Shown here: piece after piece, positions 1-10,209 of the stretch
Position numbering within the stretch: position 1 is the first letter of the stretch
How the letters are laid out: each line of letters opens with the position of its first letter
From: an uncultured bacterium
GTDB taxonomy: Bacteria > Chloroflexota > UBA5177 > JANWHV01
NCBI GenBank assembly: GCA_963827235.1
Contig: CAWHAE010000011.1
Location: forward strand, 63,414-127,413
DNA: 64,000 nucleotides
Reading direction: 5' to 3'
Position numbers and translations under genes: made by a program
The notes under the pieces: generated by a model
Seen by the model: only the letters and a program-made list of their open reading frames with translations
The model's database searches: none
Told to the model about the DNA's origin: nothing

Positions 1-2
1 CG

Positions 3-1166
3 CCCGCGGCGCTGGCGCACACGCTCAGCGAGAGCTTCTCGAACTGGCAGGTGAACGGCGCCGAGGTGCGCCTGCAGTTCACGGTGCCCGACCGCGAGGC
101 GAAGCGGCTCAGTGCTGACGGCAAGGAGCTGCCGTCGAACGAGGCGCTGGGCCGGTACATCGCCGAGCACGTCGGCGCCACGGCAGGCGGGCGCGACTGC
201 CCGCGCACCGAGGGGCCGCGGCCGATGAGCGCGATCGCAGACTTTCACCGCTACGAGCTCATCTACAAGTGCTCCTCGGCAGACGCGATCCACCTGCACT
301 CCTCGGTGCTGTTCGAGAAGGTCGCCTCGCACACCAATTTCGCCAAGATCCAGTCGGCCGACGGCGAGCTGTTCGAGCAGCTGATCATCCGCGACAACCA
401 GGACGTGCCTGCCTCCGGCGGCGCCGGCGAGAACGTGCTCGCGAGCGCCGGCTTCCTGAAGTTCATCGAACTCGGGCTGATGCACATCTTCACCGGCATC
501 GACCACATGTCGTTCATGCTGGGCTTGGTGCTGATCTCGCGGCGCGTGCGCGACCTGCTGTTCGTGGTCACGGGCTTCACGCTCGGCCACAGCGTGACGC
601 TCGGGCTCGCTGTCACCGGCATCCTGCGGCCCAATGCCGCCTACATCGACGCGCTCGTGGCGCTCACGATCGCGCTGATCGGCGCCGAGAATATCGGCGA
701 CTCGACGCAGCGTCCGCTGCCCGTGGCGCTCAGCCTCGGCGGCCTGCTGCTGACCTTCGCCGTGGCCAGGCTGCTTGGCTTCCCGGTCACCCTGCCGACG
801 TTGCTGCTCGTGGGCGGCGGCATCTTCTCGCTCAGTTACCTGCTGCTCACCGGCCACATGCGCGACGCCGGGCGCGTGCGGCTCGTGGTGACGCTGGTGT
901 TCGGGCTGATCCACGGCTTCGGCTTCGCCTCGAACCTGCTCGAGATGCAGCTCCCGCCGGGGCGCATCGCGGAGCTGCTGTTCGGCTTCAACCTGGGCGT
1001 GGAACTCGGCCAGGTGACCGTAGTGCTGACGGCGCTGGCCGCAGCCTGGGCGCTCGTGAAGCTGCGCCTCGCCCTGCCGCGGCCGCTGTTCACCGACATC
1101 GCCGCGGCCTTCCTCGTGGGCGAAGGCCTCTATTGGTTCGTGGGCCGCAGCGTGGCGCTCGGCTAG
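3..1166 (+). CDS. HupE/UreJ-family membrane protein with N-terminal periplasmic domain (5' end outside window)
   Basis: Frame is open from position 3 (..PAALAHTLSES, signal-peptide end). Motifs GLMHIFTGIDH, FTLGHSVTL, FGLIHGFGFA and FNLGVELGQ are typical of HupE/UreJ. Confidence 0.85.
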   Translation, partial: PAALAHTLSESFSNWQVNGAEVRLQFTVPDREAKRLSADGKELPSNEALGRYIAEHVGATAGGRDCPRTEGPRPMSAIADFHRYELIYKCSSADAIHLHSSVLFEKVASHTNFAKIQSADGELFEQLIIRDNQDVPASGGAGENVLASAGFLKFIELGLMHIFTGIDHMSFMLGLVLISRRVRDLLFVVTGFTLGHSVTLGLAVTGILRPNAAYIDALVALTIALIGAENIGDSTQRPLPVALSLGGLLLTFAVARLLGFPVTLPTLLLVGGGIFSLSYLLLTGHMRDAGRVRLVVTLVFGLIHGFGFASNLLEMQLPPGRIAELLFGFNLGVELGQVTVVLTALAAAWALVKLRLALPRPLFTDIAAAFLVGEGLYWFVGRSVALG

Positions 1167-1169
1167 CGC

Positions 1170-2232
1170 CTAGACCGTGGGCCGCGTGCCGTCGAAGGCG
1201 CGCTGCAGCAGTACGCGGATCGCGCCGCGCTCGACCGGCCGCGGGTTCCAGTACGGGTTCGAGGCCGCGATGTCGGCGGCCTTGTCGAGGTCTTCGGCCT
1301 TCATGCCGATGTCGCGCAGCGCATATGGCGCGCCGTTGTTGCGCGCCAGGTCGTAGAGCGCCGCGCCCGGCGTGGCACTGCCGAGCGCCCGGCCCATGCG
1401 CGCCAGCGCCTCAGGGATCGCCGGCGCGTTATAGGCGATGGCCTGCGGCAGCACCACGGTGTGCACCTCGGCGTGCGGCAGGTTGAAGCTGCCGCCGAGC
1501 GTGTGGCAGAGCTTGTGGTGCAGCGCCATGCCGACGTTGCCGAGCACCACGCCGCACAGCCAGGCGCCGTAGAGCGCCTGGGAGCGCGCCTCGATGTCGC
1601 GTCCGTCGCGCCTAATGCCCGGGATGGCGCTCGCGATCGCGCGGATGCCCTCCTCGGCCATCAGGCTCATGATCGGGTTGGCGTCCTGCGCATAGAGGCC
1701 CTCGGCCGCGTGCGCGATCGCGTTGAGCCCGCTGGTCACCGACATCTGCGGCGGCAGGCTGAACGTCAGCTCGGGGTCGTAGATGACCGTGCGCGGCAGC
1801 ACGCGCGGGTCGCGGCCGGTCTTCTTCAGGCCCGCCTCGGTGATTCCGTAGATCGGCGTCATCTCGGAGCCCGCGTAGGTCGTGGGGATCGCGATGATCG
1901 GCAGGCCCGAATCCATCGCGATCGCCTTGCCGAGGCCCGTGGTCGAGCCGCCGCCGATGGCGACCGCACAATCGGCGCCGAGCTGGCGCGCCACTTCGCG
2001 CGCCTCGCGCGCTGTCTCGATCGGCACATGCATGACCGCGCGCGCAAATACGCCCACGGCGCGCGCGCCGAGCCGGTCGGCGACGCGCTGCAGCGTCGCC
2101 CGCCTGCTCGGGCGTGGATAGCACCAGCGCCTTCGTGGCGCCTAGCTTCTCGATTTCTTCGGGCAGGCGCGCGATGGCGCCCGGCCCGAATATCACGCGC
2201 GAGGGCGCGGCGGTGTAGATGAAATCCTTCAC
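1170..2232 (-). CDS. hapF: Maleylacetate reductase (iron-containing ADH family); one frameshift near 2095
   Basis: GTG 2232 after AGGAGG. MKDFIYTAAPSRVIFGPG joins GGGSTTGLGKA, PTTYAGSEMT, HHKLCHTLGGSFNLPHAEVH and NPYWNPRP. Confidence 0.92.
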
Positions 2233-2260
2233 GCGAACCTCCTGACCCCAAGCTACGCCT

Positions 2261-3790
2261 TCAGCGCTGATACCACGGCGCAAGTTGCGCGTCGACGTTG
2301 ACCCACACCGACTTCACGGTCGTGTATTCGCGCATCGCCTCGAAGCCCATGTCGCGCCCGTACCCCGACTGGCCGACGCCGCCGAAGGGCGAGCCCGGAT
2401 GCACGCGCTTGTAGCTGTTGATCCAGACCATGCCGCTCTTCATCTCGCGCGCCATCTTGTGGGCGCGCGCGAGGTTGCTGGTCCACAGGCCGCCGCCCAG
2501 CCCGTATTCGGTGCCGTTGGCAATCTGCAGCGCTTCTTCGTCGTTCTTGAAGGTGAGCACCGTCACGAAGGGGCCGAAGACCTCCTCCTGGGCGACCGTG
2601 TCCTTGTAGCTCTTGGCGCGCACGACTGTGGGCTCGATGTAGAAGCCCTTGGCGAGCGCCGCATTGTCGGGGCCCTTGCCGCCCGTGATGACATCGCCGC
2701 CCTCGGCGCGCGCCTTGGCGACGTAGCCGAGCACGCGGTCACGGTGCAGCGCGCTGGTGAGCGGGCCCATCTCGGTGCCGGCATCGAGCGGGTTGCCGAG
2801 CCTGATCGACTTCGCCAGCGTCGTGAAGCGCTCGAGGAACTCGTCGGCGATGCGCTCGTGCAGCACCAGGCGCGAGCCGGCGATGCAGGCCTGGCCCTGG
2901 TTGTGGAAGATCGCCCAGGCCGCGCCATTGACGGCCGCGGGCAGGAAGGCATCGTCGAACACGATGTTGGCACCCTTGCCGCCGAGCTCGAGCTGCACCT
3001 TCTTGAGGTTGCCGGCCGAGGCCTGCACGATGCGCCGCCCCGTGGGCGTCGAGCCCGTGAAACAGATCTTGCCGATCTCGGCGTGCTCGGCGATGTACTG
3101 GCCGGCGACCGCGCCCAGGCCCGGCAGCACGTTGACCACGCCGTCGGGCACGCCCGCCTCGGCCATCAGCTCGGCCATGCGCAGCGAGGAGAGCGGCGTG
3201 ATCTCGGCGGGCTTCAGGACGATGCAATTGCCCGCCGCCAGCGCCGGCGCCATCTTCCAGCTCGTGAACATCAGCGGGAAGTTCCACGGCACCACCTGGC
3301 CGACGACGCCGATCGGCTCGCGCAGCAGGTAGTTGAGGAAGCCGCTCTCGACCGGCACCACCGAACCCTCGAATTTGTCGGCCATGCCGCCGAAGTAGCG
3401 GAAGCACAGCGCGGTGCGCGGCACGTCGAGTGCGCGCGAATCGCGCAGCGGGTGGCCGGTGTCGAGCGATTCGAGGCGAGCGAGCTCCTCGGTATTCGCC
3501 TCGATGAGGTCGGCGAGCCGCAGCAGGATGCGGCCGCGGTCGCTCGCGCCCATGCGGGCCCATGCCGGGAACGCGGCCTTGGCGGCAGCCACGGCCTTGT
3601 CGACGTCGGCCTTGCCGGCCATCGCCACGTCGGCGATCGGCGAGTTGTCGTGCGGATTCACCGAGGTCAGCGTCTCGCCGCTTTCGGCATCGACGAACTT
3701 GCCGCCGATGAACAGCTGGTGCTGGATGGTCTTCTTCAGGCCCGCAGTTTCCTGGGCGCGCTGGATGTTGCTGGCGTTGCTGGTGTTCAT
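2261..3790 (-). CDS. hapE: NAD-dependent aldehyde dehydrogenase, likely 4-hydroxymuconic semialdehyde dehydrogenase
   Basis: ALDH motifs PWNFP, FTGSTPTG, LELGGK, NQGQACIAG and EEVFGP. Lies between the HQ dioxygenase genes and maleylacetate reductase. Confidence 0.88.
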   Translation of the reverse strand: MNTSNASNIQRAQETAGLKKTIQHQLFIGGKFVDAESGETLTSVNPHDNSPIADVAMAGKADVDKAVAAAKAAFPAWARMGASDRGRILLRLADLIEANTEELARLESLDTGHPLRDSRALDVPRTALCFRYFGGMADKFEGSVVPVESGFLNYLLREPIGVVGQVVPWNFPLMFTSWKMAPALAAGNCIVLKPAEITPLSSLRMAELMAEAGVPDGVVNVLPGLGAVAGQYIAEHAEIGKICFTGSTPTGRRIVQASAGNLKKVQLELGGKGANIVFDDAFLPAAVNGAAWAIFHNQGQACIAGSRLVLHERIADEFLERFTTLAKSIRLGNPLDAGTEMGPLTSALHRDRVLGYVAKARAEGGDVITGGKGPDNAALAKGFYIEPTVVRAKSYKDTVAQEEVFGPFVTVLTFKNDEEALQIANGTEYGLGGGLWTSNLARAHKMAREMKSGMVWINSYKRVHPGSPFGGVGQSGYGRDMGFEAMREYTTVKSVWVNVDAQLAPWYQR

Positions 3791-3829
3791 GGTGACCCGC
3801 ACGGGTTTGGGAGGACGGAAGGCAGAGTA

Positions 3830-3990
3830 GTATAGCCCGTCACGACTGCGACGTACTGCTTGCCGTTCACCGAACGGGTGACCGGCGCGGAGCCGGCCAT
3901 ATCGCGCAGCCGCACCAACTACAGCTCGGAGCCATCGGCGGTGTCGTAGGGCCGGAACAGGCGATCCAGCGCGCCCGCGAACACGATGTC
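3830..3990 (-). pseudogene. Remnant of the C-terminus of a PQQ-dependent (quinoprotein) dehydrogenase
   Basis: Manual translation: DIVFAGALDRLFRPYDTADGSEL*LVRLRDMAGSAPVTRSVNGKQYVAVVTG. This is a PQQ-ADH C-terminal pattern with a stop at the conserved Trp. Confidence 0.7.
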
Positions 3991-4112
3991 GCGGCCGCGT
4001 CCGGCGCACCCGGCGGAGTTACTGTCTGGTGAAGACAACCTCGCAGGTGCCTGCCGATTCGGGCCGCAGCCTCCATCGGCGCGGGAGGGGCTGGTAAAAG
4101 TGCATCATCAGC

Positions 4113-4418
4113 TTAGTGCGACTCGAAGTCGGCCGAGCGCCGCTCGGTGCGCAGCGGGCCCACCAGGCCCCTGAAACGCTGGTGCAGAGGATGCACCTCA
4201 TAGCCCTCGAGCGCCTGCCAGCTGTCGAACTCGGTGTAGAGCACGAGGTCGGCAGCGTCGGCGCCGGGCAGCTGGTTGACGCCCAGCTCCAGGCGCAGCA
4301 GTCCGGGCACGCCCGCGCGCATCGCCTCGGCCTGCTCGCGCATCTGCGCGAGATCGAGCGGTTGGCCGTCGGCCATGGCCGCGGGCTTGAGCTTCCACAT
4401 AACGACATGATGGATCAC
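4113..4418 (-). CDS. Dabb (stress-responsive A/B barrel) protein
   Basis: GTG overlaps the cobT stop (GTGA). [11 protein letters not shown]...[23 protein letters not shown]. Confidence 0.8.
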   Translation of the reverse strand: MIHHVVMWKLKPAAMADGQPLDLAQMREQAEAMRAGVPGLLRLELGVNQLPGADAADLVLYTEFDSWQALEGYEVHPLHQRFRGLVGPLRTERRSADFESH

Positions 4419-6233
4419 GGCCTGGCTCGCGGTCTTGGCGGGGCGCGCCGACGCGCGCCGGGCCGCTCGAACAGCTCGAGCAGCTGGCCGACGATCGCCT
4501 CGCCCAGCGTATCCGAATTGGCGAGCGTCACGGCGCGCCGGTAATAGCGCGTCACGTCGTGACCGATGCCGATGGCCACGAGCTCGACCGGCGAGTGCTG
4601 CTCGATCGACTCGATCGTGGCCTGCAGATGCCGCTCGAGGTATTGCGGGTCGTTGGCATCGAGCGTCGCGTCGTCGAGCGGCGCGCCGTCGGAAATCACG
4701 ATCAGGATGCGACGGCGCTCGGGCCGGCTCATCATGCGCGCGTGCGCCCAGAGCAGCGCCTCGCCATCGACGTTCTCGCGCAGCATGTTTGAGTCGAGCA
4801 TCAGGCCGAGGCACTGGCGCGCGCGGCGCCAGGGCTCATCAGCCGACTTGTAGACCACGTGCAGCAGTTCGCTGACCCGGCCGGGGTTCGCCGGCCGGCC
4901 GGCCGCGACCCACTGCGCGCGCGCGCGCCCGCCGCGCCAGCCGCGCGTGGTGAACCCGAGGATCTCGGTCTTCACGCCGCAACGCTCGAGCACGCGGCCA
5001 AGCAGCTCGGCGCACAGTGCCGCGTTGGCGATCGGCACGCCGCGCATCGAGCCGGAATTGTCGATCAGCAGCGTCACCAGCGTGTCGGGGAATTCGCGCT
5101 CCTGCTCGATCTTGTAGGCTGAGCGGCTCGAAGGGATGCGTGACCAGGCGCGTGAGGCGCGCGGCATCGAGCACGCCTTCCTCGAGGTCGAACTGCCAGT
5201 AGCGCGTCTGCAGCGACTGCAGCCTGCGCTGCAGCTTGTGCGCCCAGCGCACCGCACCGTCGAGGCGGTTACCCACCAGGCGATCGAGCTCCTGGCGCAT
5301 GCGCTCGAGCGTGGCGGCATCGCGCATCGTCGCGGCGCGCTCGATCGCATCGAACTCGGTCGTGTAGATGCGATAGAGCGGGTAGGCCTGCGCAGCCTTC
5401 CCCCGGTGCCGGCGGCGGCTCGGGCTCGCGCAGCTGCACGCTGGCCAGCGGGTCGCCGGCGTCGGAGGTCTCTTGGATATCGCCACCGGCCTTCTCGACG
5501 CGCTGCGCGCGGTGCTCGGCCGGCGGCACGTCGGCGTCGGGCTCCTGGCTTTGCTGCGGCTGCTCGGATTTCGCGGCGCCTGCGAGGAAGGCCGCGATCA
5601 CGCTCAGCGACTGGCGCGCATAGGCCTGCTGGTCGCCGACCAGCTCGCGCAGCCGCTCCACCTCGGCCGGCTCGGCCTCGCGCAGCCAGCTGCGCCAGCC
5701 CTCGCGCAGGCTGGCGCGCGCCTGCTCGGGCAGCGGCGCATCGAGCGCGCCGCGCACCAGCAGCGCGAGCGTCTCGAGCCAGGCGGTCGGCGAGCTGCGC
5801 AACATCGACTCGGGACGCGAGCGCAGCCAGCGCTCGTGCGCCAGGCTGCCGAGGTTCTGCCGGGCGCCCGGGAACTCGCGCCCCGCCAGCAGCTCGACCC
5901 GCACCTGCTCGAGCAGCGAATAGAGCGTGCGCTCGGTGCGCGTCTGGGGCTCGAAGCGCGCGTAGCGGAGCCGGGTCGCTGTAGCGCTGCCGGAATGCGA
6001 GTGAATCGATGCGCCCGCGCCAGCGGCTGAGCGCCTCGGGCTTGGGCTGGCGCGGCAGCTCGGCCAGCACCATCTGCCAGTTGGCGCGCATTGCGCGCGG
6101 CCGGCTCGAGCGCGAGCGCCGCGCCCGGCGGCGTCGCGAGCGCGCGATACACGGCGCCGGTCGCCTCGCCGAGGCGCTGCGCGTCGCCGGTGCCCGCGCC
6201 CGCGCCGTGTTCCGCTACATCCGGACGCATCAT
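4415..6233 (-). CDS. cobT: CobT-like vWA protein; frameshifts near 6070, 5410 and 5120
   Basis: Segments [39 protein letters not shown] (MIDAS), [22 protein letters not shown] and [11 protein letters not shown]. Confidence 0.85.
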
Positions 6234-6267
6234 GGCAGCCGCCTGGACGGCCCGCCTGCCGCTCGGC

Positions 6268-7267
6268 TCAGAACTCGACCGGATACGGCGGGATCTCGCC
6301 GGCCTCGTGCATGCGCGGCAGGTCGGGGTTGGCGTTCTCCCAGACCAGCAGCATCGAGCGCTTGCGCGAATAGCCCTGGTGGCGAATGTCGGCCGGCATC
6401 GCGGCCACGTCGCCGGCCTTCATGCGCACCTTGGCGCGCGGGGCGCCGGTCTCGCGGTCCTCGATTTCCCAGTCGATCTCGTCGCTGAACTGCAGGAACC
6501 ATTCGACGCGATCGTTGCCATGCTTGATCGGCAGGATGTATTCCTCGGTGGTCGGGCAGAAGAGGCTGCGACCGCATACCGAGGTCACCGACGGGTTCCA
6601 CGTCACGTCCGAGCGCGACAGGTAGGCGAACAGGCTGAAGGCGTGGATCTTGCCCTCGAAGCCGGGTTCGGCCTCGATCACCGGCTCATTCTGCGGCACG
6701 TCGGCGAAGGCGCGATTCACGGGGTAGCCGTTCTTGTCGCTGCGCAGGCCGGCGTCGCCCGGGATGCCCGGCATGCGCTTGCACACCTCGCGCTCGCGCT
6801 CGATGGCCGCCTTGTTCTCGCCGTTCTTCGGGCCGATCCAGGCCTGGCCGGTTTCTTGCGGGGCAGCGAACGGGTCGAAGCCCTGGCTGGTCCAGTCGTC
6901 GAGGATCGCCTTGAACGTGGCCATGATGATTGGCGTGTCGAAGGTCTCGAGGATGTCGAGGCCCTTGTCATGGTATGCGGGGTGGAAGCGGCCGGCATAC
7001 ATCTCGACGCGCCCATAGAGGTTGCGCGTGCCGAACACCGCGTCGAAGTTGACCCAGCCGTAGAAGAAGCCCCAGGCGACGTCGCGCATCATCGCGCGCA
7101 GGAAAGCGTCGGCCGAAATGATGTGCGTCATCTTCTGGCCCTTGGCCTCCCACTCGACGCGCACGAAATACTCGTCACGGCTGAAAGTGAAACCGCCCAG
7201 CTGGAAGCTGCGGTAACCGGTCAGGTTACTGCCCGGAGTGGCTCGTACTGCGATTCTGCGTGCTCAT
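6268..7267 (-). CDS. hapD: Hydroquinone 1,2-dioxygenase large subunit, copy 1 (frameshift about 15 nt after ATG)
   Basis: FLRAMMRDVAWGFFYGWVNFD, CPTTEEYILPIKHGNDRVEWF and MPADIRHQGYS. The N-terminus GYRSFQLGGFTFSRDEYF lies upstream of the ORF-track start. Confidence 0.92.
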
Positions 7268-7324
7268 TGGATACATCCTCCTAATGCTGTGTCTGGTTGC
7301 GTCTGCGGGAAGGGAGCGCGCCCG

Positions 7325-7831
7325 TCAGGTGTAGCAGATCTCCGACCACTTCTCGACCGTCTGCTCGCCGACGATAGTCTGTATCAAGAACACACCCGGC
7401 TTCGCCGACTTGAAGCGGTAGGCGGCGCCCTGCGGCAGCAGTACCTGATGGCCGCGGCCCATCTTCACGCGGCCCATGCGCTGCCCAGCCGGCTCGCCGG
7501 CGAGCTTCTGCGAGCCTTTCTTGCCCTGCGCAACCACGCTCTCGGGCGTGGCAAGCTGAACAAGCTCGACCTCGATGTCGCCATCCATCACCAGCGCGAA
7601 CTCGTCGTGCGCGGCGGCATACCAGTTGGAAGTGCCCTCGGCGCGCACGGCCTCGATCACATACTCGAGGTTCTTGGCGACCGCCACTTTCTCGTAGGGC
7701 TTGGATTTCGACGCAACTTCGAACACGTTGGAGAACGTGTAGTACTTCGGGTTGTCGTTGATGATCTCGAGGTCACCTTTCTGGTAGTCGGCCAGTGACC
7801 CAAACACCGTGTTGTACTGCTGCTTGCTCAT
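7325..7831 (-). CDS. hapC: Hydroquinone 1,2-dioxygenase small subunit, copy 1
   Basis: TVFGSLADYQKGDLEIINDNPKYYTFSNVFEVASKSKPYEKVAVAKNLEYVIE. Confidence 0.92.
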   Translation of the reverse strand: MSKQQYNTVFGSLADYQKGDLEIINDNPKYYTFSNVFEVASKSKPYEKVAVAKNLEYVIEAVRAEGTSNWYAAAHDEFALVMDGDIEVELVQLATPESVVAQGKKGSQKLAGEPAGQRMGRVKMGRGHQVLLPQGAAYRFKSAKPGVFLIQTIVGEQTVEKWSEICYT

Positions 7832-7910
7832 CGCACATCACCCCATATTGACCGTGCAAATAATCGGTGAATGTCGCCGGGCGGCCCGGCCTGCTGGCTG
7901 GAGGGGTCGA

Positions 7911-8361
7911 TCAGACCCTCAGCCAAGGACGCCACCACGGGACCATGCTGAACATGACCAGATAGACGATCGAATAGCAGGCGAGCGCGATGCCATAGCG
8001 CGCGCTGTCGGACCAGCGCTTGCGGCCGAGCACACCGCCCGCAACGTGCATGCCGATGAAAGCCACGGCCATCACCGAGCCGTGCCGCACCCCGAAGAAC
8101 TCGACTTCGGAGTCCCGCAGGAGCCGCATCGCCCGTACTGAGCGCGATGGTCGTGAGCGGGCTCACGACCAGGTAGAGCGCCGCGCCGAGCAGCACCTGA
8201 ACGTCGACAGCGCGCAGGAACAGCTTGTTGAGCAGCGCGCCGCGCGGTGCCCAGGGTTGCCGGCGCACGAGTCCCCAGAGCAGCGCGAACAGCACCATTG
8301 CACCGCCGCCGATCACCGCCCAGCGCCAGGCCCCATGCAGTCTCAGCAGCAGCAGATACAT
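7911..8361 (-). CDS. Four-TM membrane protein with conserved His residues (cytochrome b-like hypothetical); frameshift near 8130
   Basis: LHGAWRW..., DVQVLLG, FFGVRHGSVM...GMH and PWWRPWLR, spread over two frames. Confidence 0.6.
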
Positions 8362-8454
8362 CGGTGTCGCCCCGCTCGCTTTCCTGCGTGGAATTGTAAC
8401 TGGGAGGCTTGCATTCCGTGCTGATGGGAACTGCCCTTTGGCGGCTAGCCGGCC

Positions 8455-8967
8455 TCAGGGCGCCGGCGCGGAGGAATTGGTGAAGGCGATGTAGCGGCCG
8501 CCGAAGATCACCGCGATCCACAGTGCCAGCGAGATCACAGAGATCACCTTGGCAAGGCTCGAAGTCTCCACCTTGTCCTGCCACCGATCGAGGTTCGTGA
8601 ATACGCCGAGCTCGAACCAGAGTGCATTCACGCCTGCGAGCAGGATGAACAGCAGCTTCCAGCGGAACGAGGGGTTGAACGCGTAGATGAACGGGTCGTG
8701 CATGAAGAACAGCACACCGCTGATCAGGTTCAGGCCGAAGCCGACCCAAGCCAGCGGCAGCAGACGGTGCAGGGGCCGGATTGGCAGCGACCTGGCCAGG
8801 CCCAGGGCGCGCAGATCGAGCAGGCCGACGATGCCGATCACCATCGCCATGCCGCAGAAATGCAGCGACTGCAGGGTCGGGAAGACCCACCAGTTGGAGC
8901 GCACGAACTCGCCGGGCGGCAGCGACTTGATCCACTCCAGGACGGGATAGTTGCTCGAGAGATCCAT
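8455..8967 (-). CDS. DUF6644-like membrane protein
   Basis: WVFPTLQSLHFCGMA, DLRALG, NPSFRWKL and SLALWIAVIFGGRYIAF. Confidence 0.75.
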   Translation of the reverse strand: MDLSSNYPVLEWIKSLPPGEFVRSNWWVFPTLQSLHFCGMAMVIGIVGLLDLRALGLARSLPIRPLHRLLPLAWVGFGLNLISGVLFFMHDPFIYAFNPSFRWKLLFILLAGVNALWFELGVFTNLDRWQDKVETSSLAKVISVISLALWIAVIFGGRYIAFTNSSAPAP

Positions 8968-8982
8968 GTTCTTGCCCCTCTC

Positions 8983-9486
8983 CTATTCGCCGACGCCGAT
9001 GTCGCCGTAAGTGTTGTAGGCCAGCCAGCGGCCGACGAAGATGGCGCTCGCCCATGCCAGCAGCGAAACCACGGCCAGCACTTTGGCCTGCGGCGGCGCG
9101 TCCGCGTCCCCGGCGGCGTACTCAGTGGTCTTGTTGAGCACTGTCGCGGTGATCCTCGCGCCCATGATCAGGCCGACGGCGATGAGCAGCAGCTTGGAGC
9201 GGAACAGCCAGCTGTAATAGTCCTTCTTCGCGTCGATGACGAACAGCATCACGCCGGACATGGCATTGCACCAGAAGCCGATCCAGACCACGGTCATCAG
9301 CTTGCGCAGGCCCGGCAACGCCGCGCCCTTGGCAAAGCCAAGCACACGCAGATCTATGACGACGAGCAGACCCACCAGCAGCGCCAGGCCGATCGAGTGC
9401 GCCGTGATCACAAGCGGATAGGCCGTCTCCTGGACCCACGTCGCGAACGCGCTGTTCTGCAGTGCCAAAAGTGTGTCGTCAAACAT
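8983..9486 (-). CDS. DUF6644-like membrane protein (paralog)
   Basis: YPLVITAHSIGLALLVG, DLRVLG, FRSKL and SLLAWASAIFVGRWLAY. Confidence 0.75.
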   Translation of the reverse strand: MFDDTLLALQNSAFATWVQETAYPLVITAHSIGLALLVGLLVVIDLRVLGFAKGAALPGLRKLMTVVWIGFWCNAMSGVMLFVIDAKKDYYSWLFRSKLLLIAVGLIMGARITATVLNKTTEYAAGDADAPPQAKVLAVVSLLAWASAIFVGRWLAYNTYGDIGVGE

Positions 9487-9627
9487 GACTTGGACCTGCC
9501 CTACTATGTTGTTGCTGTCCTGTCTGCCGGGCCGGAATGCAGCCTGCGCTCCTCGCGCCGCCGTCCTCCTCGAGCCTCGGGCGTCGGGCACGGCCCGCCG
9601 ACGATTGCCCGCCGGCGACTGCTTCGC

Positions 9628-10020
9628 TCAGCCGAAGGTGCCAGCCCACTTCCAGCCGTCGGACAGACGCTCGATGGAGCTCATGCGGATACGATGGTCG
9701 GCAGGGTTGCGGCCCGGGTTGCCGGTGATCTTCACCTTGTCGCCCGGCTTGAGGGTGTCATGTTTGACGCCCGCGTCGCCGAGCGCGCCACCTGCACCCC
9801 ACTCAACCGCCCAGCGCTGCATGACGCCGTTTTTGTCGGGCGCCATCACGTGCACGAAGGAGTGCGGATTGCGGAACAAGAATTGCACCACCGTGCCCTC
9901 GATCGTCACCTTCTCGTCGACCACGTAGGTGGCGGGGAACGAATGATGTGCCTGCACCGGTGCGACGGTCACCGCGCCCATCAGCGCGGCGCCAGCCAGA
10001 ATGCCGATAAACCTCTTCAT
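9628..10020 (-). CDS. DUF6152-like periplasmic protein
   Basis: Signal peptide followed by AHHSF, then NPHS, WAVE and LKPGDKVKITGNP. Confidence 0.8.
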   Translation of the reverse strand: MKRFIGILAGAALMGAVTVAPVQAHHSFPATYVVDEKVTIEGTVVQFLFRNPHSFVHVMAPDKNGVMQRWAVEWGAGGALGDAGVKHDTLKPGDKVKITGNPGRNPADHRIRMSSIERLSDGWKWAGTFG

Positions 10021-10046
10021 CTAGATTCTCCTAGCCGCGCGATCTG

Positions 10047-10076
10047 ATAGTTAATAACTTTCTACACAGTAACTAT
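10047..10076. promoter_or_regulatory. AT-rich operator-like inverted repeat (ATAGTTA...TAACTAT, overlapping AGTTA-A-TAACT)
   Basis: Seen directly upstream of the DUF6152 gene. Related motifs occur at 13055-13065 and 17285-17295. Confidence 0.5.
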
Positions 10077-10209
10077 TGGGGTCGAACATATCCACTGGCC
10101 GCGATGTTACATGGAAATGATGGCGGCGTCGCCTTCCCGCGGGCAACATACGCACTTATGCTGCATTGCGAGCGCCCTGGGGAGGCGGCTGCACCGGCGT
10201 GGCAGGGTC

